From the IMG/VR virus record IMGVR_UViG_3300045988_142756: a stretch of 64,000 nt of DNA. One strand, written 5' to 3'. Both the position numbers and the translations under genes were made by a program. Positions 59,509 through 64,000 of this stretch are shown one piece after another (position 1 is the first letter of the stretch; every line of letters begins with the position of its first letter). Below the pieces are notes generated by a model that saw only the letters and a list, made by a program, of their open reading frames with translations, had not been told where the DNA came from and did not search any database. The stretch comes from a virus.

Positions 59509-59548
59509 TTTACAAAATTAAAAAGATAATATATAATATAATTGTAAA
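59509..59548 (+). promoter_or_regulatory. near-consensus early promoter TTTACA-N17-TATAAT-N5-TGTAAA
   Basis: TTTACA 59509, TATAAT 59532, TGTAAA 59543. Near-duplicate of 9550-9589. Confidence 0.6.
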
Positions 59549-59581
59549 AAGGATATGGACAAAGGTCCAGAGGAGTTAAAA

Positions 59582-59803
59582 ATGAGAAAATCAGAACAAA
59601 TGGTTAAAAGTGTTTACGAAATCAAATGCTGGTGGGGCGATGACTGTGACGATAGAACAATAAGATATGTTGTAGCAAGCAGTGAAGAAGAAGCAGACCA
59701 AAAGATGAAAAAATATGCTGAAACCCTTAAAACGGAAGGCTGTGAAGAACTTCACTGGATTCCCGAAAACCATATTGTTGAAATAGACCGGGTAATCGTT
59801 TAA
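59582..59803 (+). CDS. hypothetical protein (73 aa)
   Basis: ATG 59582 after the hairpin at 59556-59569 and GAGGAGTTAAAAATG. The track start at 59555 includes the hairpin. Confidence 0.55.
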   Translation: MRKSEQMVKSVYEIKCWWGDDCDDRTIRYVVASSEEEADQKMKKYAETLKTEGCEELHWIPENHIVEIDRVIV

Positions 59804-59818
59804 TAAGGAGTTAAGAAA

Positions 59819-60061
59819 ATGACGAAAGCAAAATTTTTATACAAAACAATAAACAAAGACGGCGACATTGAATGGTATTACGAATATCGTGGATATGAAT
59901 ATTCAATTACACCTTTCAAAACGGAGTGGTCGTTATCGGAACTCCACAAGAATGAACAAAGCAACATAGATAGGCTGATTGAAATAAACCATAAGCCTCC
60001 CTTTAAGGGCGAACCTGCTGAAAAAGGGTTTGAACTCTTTTGGAAATATTTGGAAGGATAA
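59819..60061 (+). CDS. hypothetical protein
   Basis: Translation-initiation region ATAAGGAGTTAAGAAAATGAC is identical to the one at 10321. Confidence 0.55.
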   Translation: MTKAKFLYKTINKDGDIEWYYEYRGYEYSITPFKTEWSLSELHKNEQSNIDRLIEINHKPPFKGEPAEKGFELFWKYLEG

Positions 60062-60144
60062 GATAAAATGATGAAAAAGAAATATGTAATATAATCGGTA
60101 TTCACTATGACAGCGAATAAGATTGTTAAAAGGAGAACATAACA

Positions 60145-60369
60145 ATGGCACTGATAACTAAGAACGGATTTGAAATATGTAACAGAAATGATTACGACCT
60201 TTTCTTTGATAACATTGTAAACGGGGAAGTTAAAAATAATTTCAACGATAACGAAATTAAAGATATTATTGAAAGGTGGACTGAACTTGTTCTTGAAAAC
60301 GACGATATGTGGAGAATATATTGGAATTTGTTAAAACAAGTTATAAATGAATATTCTAATAAAGACTAA
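60145..60369 (+). CDS. hypothetical protein
   Basis: AAAAGGAG RBS; 74 aa. Confidence 0.55.
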   Translation: MALITKNGFEICNRNDYDLFFDNIVNGEVKNNFNDNEIKDIIERWTELVLENDDMWRIYWNLLKQVINEYSNKD

Positions 60370-60384
60370 GTGGAGGAAAGTATT

Positions 60385-60582
60385 ATGAAAAGAACTTTAT
60401 TGAGAGATGAAAGAGGTGGGATTCTTGCTACCGTACATATTCAAGATAATGGCGATGTAATTATCTATGATAAAAATCTTCATTACAAAGGGAGATATCT
60501 TTCTAAAAATGATTTCACTCTTGACGAGAATGGAAGATATGTTGGAAGGGGTAACCTTACCGGTACACTTATAACTAAATAA
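60385..60582 (+). CDS. hypothetical protein (65 aa)
   Basis: ATG 60385 after GGAGGAAAG. The track start at 60370 is the GTG of the RBS. Confidence 0.5.
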   Translation: MKRTLLRDERGGILATVHIQDNGDVIIYDKNLHYKGRYLSKNDFTLDENGRYVGRGNLTGTLITK

Positions 60583-60584
60583 TT

Positions 60585-60743
60585 ATGTTAGCACTTATGT
60601 TTTTTATCGGAGCGATAGTAGGTATTGCTCTTGGAATTATAATAACTATGTTTTGTGCAAAAAATTATCTTGGAAAAGATATATTAGAAACTAAGAAAAG
60701 GAAAAAGAAAAACAATGAAAATACCACTGACTCAAAGGAATAA
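60585..60743 (+). CDS. small single-pass membrane protein (52 aa)
   Basis: MLALMFFIGAIVGIALGIIITMFCAKNYLG...KKRKKKNNE. Overlaps the next gene by 29 nt. Below the track cutoff. Confidence 0.4.
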   Translation: MLALMFFIGAIVGIALGIIITMFCAKNYLGKDILETKKRKKKNNENTTDSKE

Positions 60744-61146
60744 TACACAAGCAAAACTATATATAGAGAAGCCAAATAGTTCTGGGAATATAAACAGGTT
60801 TTATATCTCCGATGTTGCATATAGTTATGAACCAACTGATACTATATCTCGTTTTGGAAACGCTCAAAGAGTAACACCAGAAGGACTTCTTATTTTTGTT
60901 TTTAACGACAAAAAAGAAGTTGTTAATAATTTATACAGTAAAGATGTTAAAATCGCTTCTAACACGGAAAATATCGTTAAATTACCCGAGTCTATACAAG
61001 TTTTATCTGAAAATATTTGTGACTGCATAAATCAAATTATTCTTGGAAATGGAATTATAAAACAATGTTATATAGAAAAAGGTAAATTTAAGGTAGAGTA
61101 TGAAAGAAAAGGTAAACTACATATTGCAACTCAACCTTTACAATAA
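60715..61146 (+). CDS. hypothetical protein
   Basis: 143 aa. Confidence 0.55.
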   Translation: MKIPLTQRNNTQAKLYIEKPNSSGNINRFYISDVAYSYEPTDTISRFGNAQRVTPEGLLIFVFNDKKEVVNNLYSKDVKIASNTENIVKLPESIQVLSENICDCINQIILGNGIIKQCYIEKGKFKVEYERKGKLHIATQPLQ

Positions 61147-61176
61147 TTAAATAAAATGTAGTATATTATAAATAAT

Positions 61177-62841
61177 ATGATAACCATAATGATATCAACA
61201 CCAAAAAAGTTAGTTGGGTTAGCCAGCTGCTTCATAGTATTTGAAAAGGTAAACTTAGATTACATTACAGCAATTAAAGAATTGCCAAATCGTAACTATG
61301 ACCCAAAATCAAGAATATGGGAAGTACCTGTAGATAAATTACCTTATTTGGTATCTAAATTTAAGGATACTCCTATTACAATATACTATGATAAATTTGA
61401 TATTAAACAAAGTTTAATTCCGAAAGATTTCAAATTTAAGACTAAACCTTATGGTTATCAGTTAGACGGTGTTGAATATGGTCTTAATCACGAATCATTT
61501 ATTCTTGCAGACGACCAAGGTTTAGGTAAAACAAAACAAAGTCTTGATTTAGCGGTTCTTCGTAAACAATTAGGACAAGTTAAACAATGCTTAATTATAT
61601 GCGGTGTTAATTCACTTAAATATAACTGGCAGGACGAAGTTAAAATTCATACAAATGAAGATGCCTTTGTACTTGGTACAAGATATAGAAAAAATGGAAA
61701 TGCTTATACAGGCTCAACACAAGATAAAATAGATGACCTAAAAAATCATAATGAATTTTTCTTAATTGTTAATATAGAAACATTAAGAAATGAAGATTTT
61801 GTAAAAGAATTAAGAAAGAAATCAGATGTTATAAATATGATAATATTTGATGAATTTCACCATTGCTTAACTCCTACTTCTGCACAGAGTAGAGGATTAC
61901 AAAAATTAACCGATTTCAAATATAAAGTAGCAATGACAGGTACACCTGTAATGAATGCTCCACTTGATGTATATGTAGCATTAAAATGGTTGGGTGTGGA
62001 AAATGCTAATTTTTCTACATTTAGAAATTATTATTGCACATTTGGCGGATTTGGTGGGCATCAAGTAACAGGTTATAAAAATCTTGATATTCTTAAACAA
62101 TCTTTATCTTCTTGTATGCTAAGAAGACTAAAAGAAGATGAACTTGATTTACCGCCAAGAATAGAACAAGTAGAATATGTTGAGTTAAGCGAAAATCAAC
62201 GCAAGATTTATAATGAAGTTAGACAACAGATAAGAGATAATATTGACCTTATTGTTAATTCACCTAACCCTTTAACACAGTTATTAAGACTGAGACAAGC
62301 AACAGGGGATACTTCTATACTTAGTTCAACAATTCACGAAAGTGTTAAATTAGATAGGTTAGAACAGTTAGTAGCTGATATAACGAGTTGTGGTAATAAA
62401 TGCATTATATTTAGTAACTGGACATCTATGACAACTCCTACTGCCGAGAGACTTCGTAAATATTATCCAGCAATAATAACTGGTGAAGTTGATACATATG
62501 AAAGACAGGAAGAAGTTAAAAGATTTCAAACTGACCCTAAATGTAAAGTACTTATAGGCACAATAGGTGCAGCAGGTACAGGATTAACACTTACTGCTGC
62601 AAGTTATGTATTCTTCTTAGATTTACCTTGGACTTATGCTAACTATGACCAAGCGTGTTGTAGGGCATACAGAATAGGAACTAAATCAACCGTTAATATA
62701 ATATCATTAAATGCTCGAAACACAATAGATGATAAAATCTGGAAACTTATACATACTAAAAAAGATATGAGCGATTTTATCGTTGATGGAAAAATACAAA
62801 GACTAACAAAGGAGGTTCTGCTGGATTTAATTGCAGAATAA
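61177..62841 (+). CDS. SNF2-family DEAD/DEAH-box helicase
   Basis: Motif I ADDQGLGKTKQSL, motif II IIFDEFHH, motif III MTGTPVMN, motifs V-VI GTGLTLTAASYVFFLDLPW...QACCRAYRIGT. Confidence 0.85.
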   Translation: MITIMISTPKKLVGLASCFIVFEKVNLDYITAIKELPNRNYDPKSRIWEVPVDKLPYLVSKFKDTPITIYYDKFDIKQSLIPKDFKFKTKPYGYQLDGVEYGLNHESFILADDQGLGKTKQSLDLAVLRKQLGQVKQCLIICGVNSLKYNWQDEVKIHTNEDAFVLGTRYRKNGNAYTGSTQDKIDDLKNHNEFFLIVNIETLRNEDFVKELRKKSDVINMIIFDEFHHCLTPTSAQSRGLQKLTDFKYKVAMTGTPVMNAPLDVYVALKWLGVENANFSTFRNYYCTFGGFGGHQVTGYKNLDILKQSLSSCMLRRLKEDELDLPPRIEQVEYVELSENQRKIYNEVRQQIRDNIDLIVNSPNPLTQLLRLRQATGDTSILSSTIHESVKLDRLEQLVADITSCGNKCIIFSNWTSMTTPTAERLRKYYPAIITGEVDTYERQEEVKRFQTDPKCKVLIGTIGAAGTGLTLTAASYVFFLDLPWTYANYDQACCRAYRIGTKSTVNIISLNARNTIDDKIWKLIHTKKDMSDFIVDGKIQRLTKEVLLDLIAE

Positions 62842-62846
62842 AAACT

Positions 62847-63218
62847 ATGGAATATAATGAAAAATTAGACAAATTACTTGAATCAACTAAATCAAAAAAT
62901 GACGCTTGTAAAGTATTAACAGACGAAGTTAAAGCAGGTAGAGAAGAAATTAAAAATATACTACAAGCGGCAAATGAAACTAAGTATGTTGGACAAAATG
63001 GCATTTCAGTTTCTATTCTTGACGTTGATAAAACAACATTTAACCAAGAATTAGTCATTAAATATCTTAAAGAAAAAGGGTTAGACAAATATATTCACAC
63101 GAAGGAATATTTTGACGAATCTGAAATTGCAATGGCTATGGCGAGAAAAGAAATTGACGCAGCAGATTTTGCACCATTTACAATAGAGAAACACGAATTA
63201 AGAGTACTTATAAAATAA
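62847..63218 (+). CDS. hypothetical protein with a coiled-coil N-terminus
   Basis: 123 aa; follows the helicase gene. Confidence 0.55.
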   Translation: MEYNEKLDKLLESTKSKNDACKVLTDEVKAGREEIKNILQAANETKYVGQNGISVSILDVDKTTFNQELVIKYLKEKGLDKYIHTKEYFDESEIAMAMARKEIDAADFAPFTIEKHELRVLIK

Positions 63219-63243
63219 TTTTTTATTTTTTATTAAAAAATCG

Positions 63244-63284
63244 TTTACAAATTTTTAATATTTTTGTATAATATATATTGTAAC
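63244..63284 (+). promoter_or_regulatory. near-consensus promoter with extended -10: TTTACA-N17-(TG)TATAAT-N6-TGTAAC
   Basis: TTTACA 63244, TG 63265-63266, TATAAT 63267, TGTAAC 63279. Confidence 0.65.
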
Positions 63285-63394
63285 CTGATACTCAGTGCCA
63301 AGGTGAATATCGGACAATTGAATATCAGGGATTAAACAGATAAAATCCTACCTATTAGATACTTGGCATATTTAGTAGGTAGGGTTTTTGTTTT
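63284..63394 (+). terminator. structured 5' leader ending in an intrinsic terminator (attenuator-like)
   Basis: Stem 1 is CCTGATA (63284-63290) with TATCAGG (63323-63329). The terminator stem is CCTACCTA (63347-63354) with TAGGTAGG (63376-63383), followed by GTTTTTGTTTT. The two loops are complementary: GTGCCAAG at 63295 and CTTGGCAT at 63362. Confidence 0.55.
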
Positions 63395-63408
63395 ATATTG
63401 GAGATTAT

Positions 63409-63630
63409 ATGGAAGAAAAAGAATTACAACGAATTACGAACAACGCAATTAAACAAAAACATAAAATGTCTAATAAACTTGGCGTTAAAACAAAAGCACT
63501 TTGGTTTGCAGCAGGTATTATAGCGGATAATAATTTACAACCAGGTGCAAATCAACAACAAGTTTATGAAATGTTAAAAGTAGTTGGTAATCAACTCTGG
63601 CAAGAATATCAACAAAATCTTAAAAAATGA
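63409..63630 (+). CDS. hypothetical protein (73 aa)
   Basis: ATG 63409 after a GGAG RBS. The track start at 63388 is a TTG within the terminator tail. Confidence 0.5.
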   Translation: MEEKELQRITNNAIKQKHKMSNKLGVKTKALWFAAGIIADNNLQPGANQQQVYEMLKVVGNQLWQEYQQNLKK

Positions 63631-63637
63631 GGTATTT

Positions 63638-64000
63638 ATGGATTTAGTTAGTTTATTAGCATCAGATAGTTATATTATTTATAACAAAGAATTTGCAAGT
63701 AAGTATGGCGTTGAAGAGGCTATACTTCTTGGTGCAATGTGTAGTTATCAAAAATCTTTCAATAATGAAGAATTTTTTAGAGAGGAAGAAAAAATTTCCG
63801 AAGATACAGGGTTAACTGTATATGCTATAAGAAAAGCAAAACAAACATTAAAAAATCTTGGAATTCTTGAAATATCTAAGAAAGGATTACCTTCTCGTCA
63901 TTATTTCAAAGTTATACCTGAAAGGTTATTAAATCCCTTTTACAGTGGTAATGATTTCTATACCACTACTGGTAATGATTTCTATACCACTACTGGTAAT
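63638..64000 (+). CDS. DnaD-like / phage replisome-organizer-type replication initiator (partial, runs off the window)
   Basis: ...YGVEEAILLGAMCSYQK...ISEDTGLTVYAIRKAKQTLKNLGILEISKKG fits a winged-helix pattern. The ORF is still open at 64000. Confidence 0.6.
   Translation, partial: MDLVSLLASDSYIIYNKEFASKYGVEEAILLGAMCSYQKSFNNEEFFREEEKISEDTGLTVYAIRKAKQTLKNLGILEISKKGLPSRHYFKVIPERLLNPFYSGNDFYTTTGNDFYTTTGN
63947..64000 (+). repeat. perfect 24-bp tandem repeat GGTAATGATTTCTATACCACTACT (at least 2.25 copies, truncated by the window edge) inside the initiator gene
   Basis: Copies at 63947-63970 and 63971-63994; a third starts at 63995. The repeat encodes GNDFYTTT. Confidence 0.9.

Noticed and set aside
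1-64000. Genome-wide reassignment of TGA to Trp or Gly (genetic code 4 or 25), as an explanation for the two in-frame TGA codons.
   Set aside because: Very long ORFs (1292, 987 and 680 aa) are intact under the standard code. Many genes end in ATGA start/stop overlaps. Reading through the TGA at 1120-1122 would create a long overlap with the clearly real regulator gene. No tRNA with a TCA anticodon is present among the four tRNAs. Site-specific read-through or mutation is more plausible.
1-64000. A temperate lifestyle or integration module.
   Set aside because: No integrase, recombinase, excisionase or CI-like repressor was recognised. The duplicated tRNA-Thr 3' end alone is insufficient evidence. 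Lifestyle is left undetermined.

Overview
This window appears to be one continuous stretch of an AT-rich tailed dsDNA phage or prophage genome. Every credible gene is on the + strand. Strong AGGAG-type ribosome-binding sites and near-consensus TTTACA-N17-TATAAT promoters point to a low-GC Gram-positive (Firmicutes-like) host; that host call is inference.

Layout:
- 1-11.4 kb: small early or middle genes, many with zinc ribbons. This block also holds a four-copy palindromic iteron array and a four-tRNA operon (Leu-UAA, Pro-UGG, Met/Ile-CAU, Thr-UGU) with unusually long structured spacers.
- 11.4-30.4 kb: packaging and head module. It contains a ParB-like protein, terL, a tube/sheath-like pair, the portal, a Mu-F/SPP1-gp7-like protein, a DUF2213-like scaffold, the major capsid protein and neck genes.
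- 30.4-36 kb: tail chaperone with a -1 frameshift, a short tape measure, and a PBSX/XkdP-U-like baseplate.
- 36-52.3 kb: about 16 kb of putative receptor-binding proteins.
- 52.7-59.5 kb: four terminator-delimited cassettes of membrane, Cys-rich and TNF/C1q-like proteins.
- 59.5-64 kb: early and replication genes (SNF2 helicase, DnaD-like initiator with internal iterons).

Most interesting observations:
1. A ~30-aa module recurs 8 times in six head-region genes, attached to unrelated protein bodies.
2. A D-S-x-I-K-D hexapeptide punctuates two large head-region proteins at regular intervals.
3. Two conserved domains are interrupted by in-frame TGA codons. One sits at an expected Trp position and is flanked by perfect in-frame direct repeats.
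4. Two promoter classes share a TATAAT-N4-6-TGTAA core.
5. Several long-stem structured leaders are present, including an attenuator-like one.

No endolysin, integrase, CRISPR array or reverse transcriptase was recognised. All family assignments come from motif recognition by eye, not from database searches.
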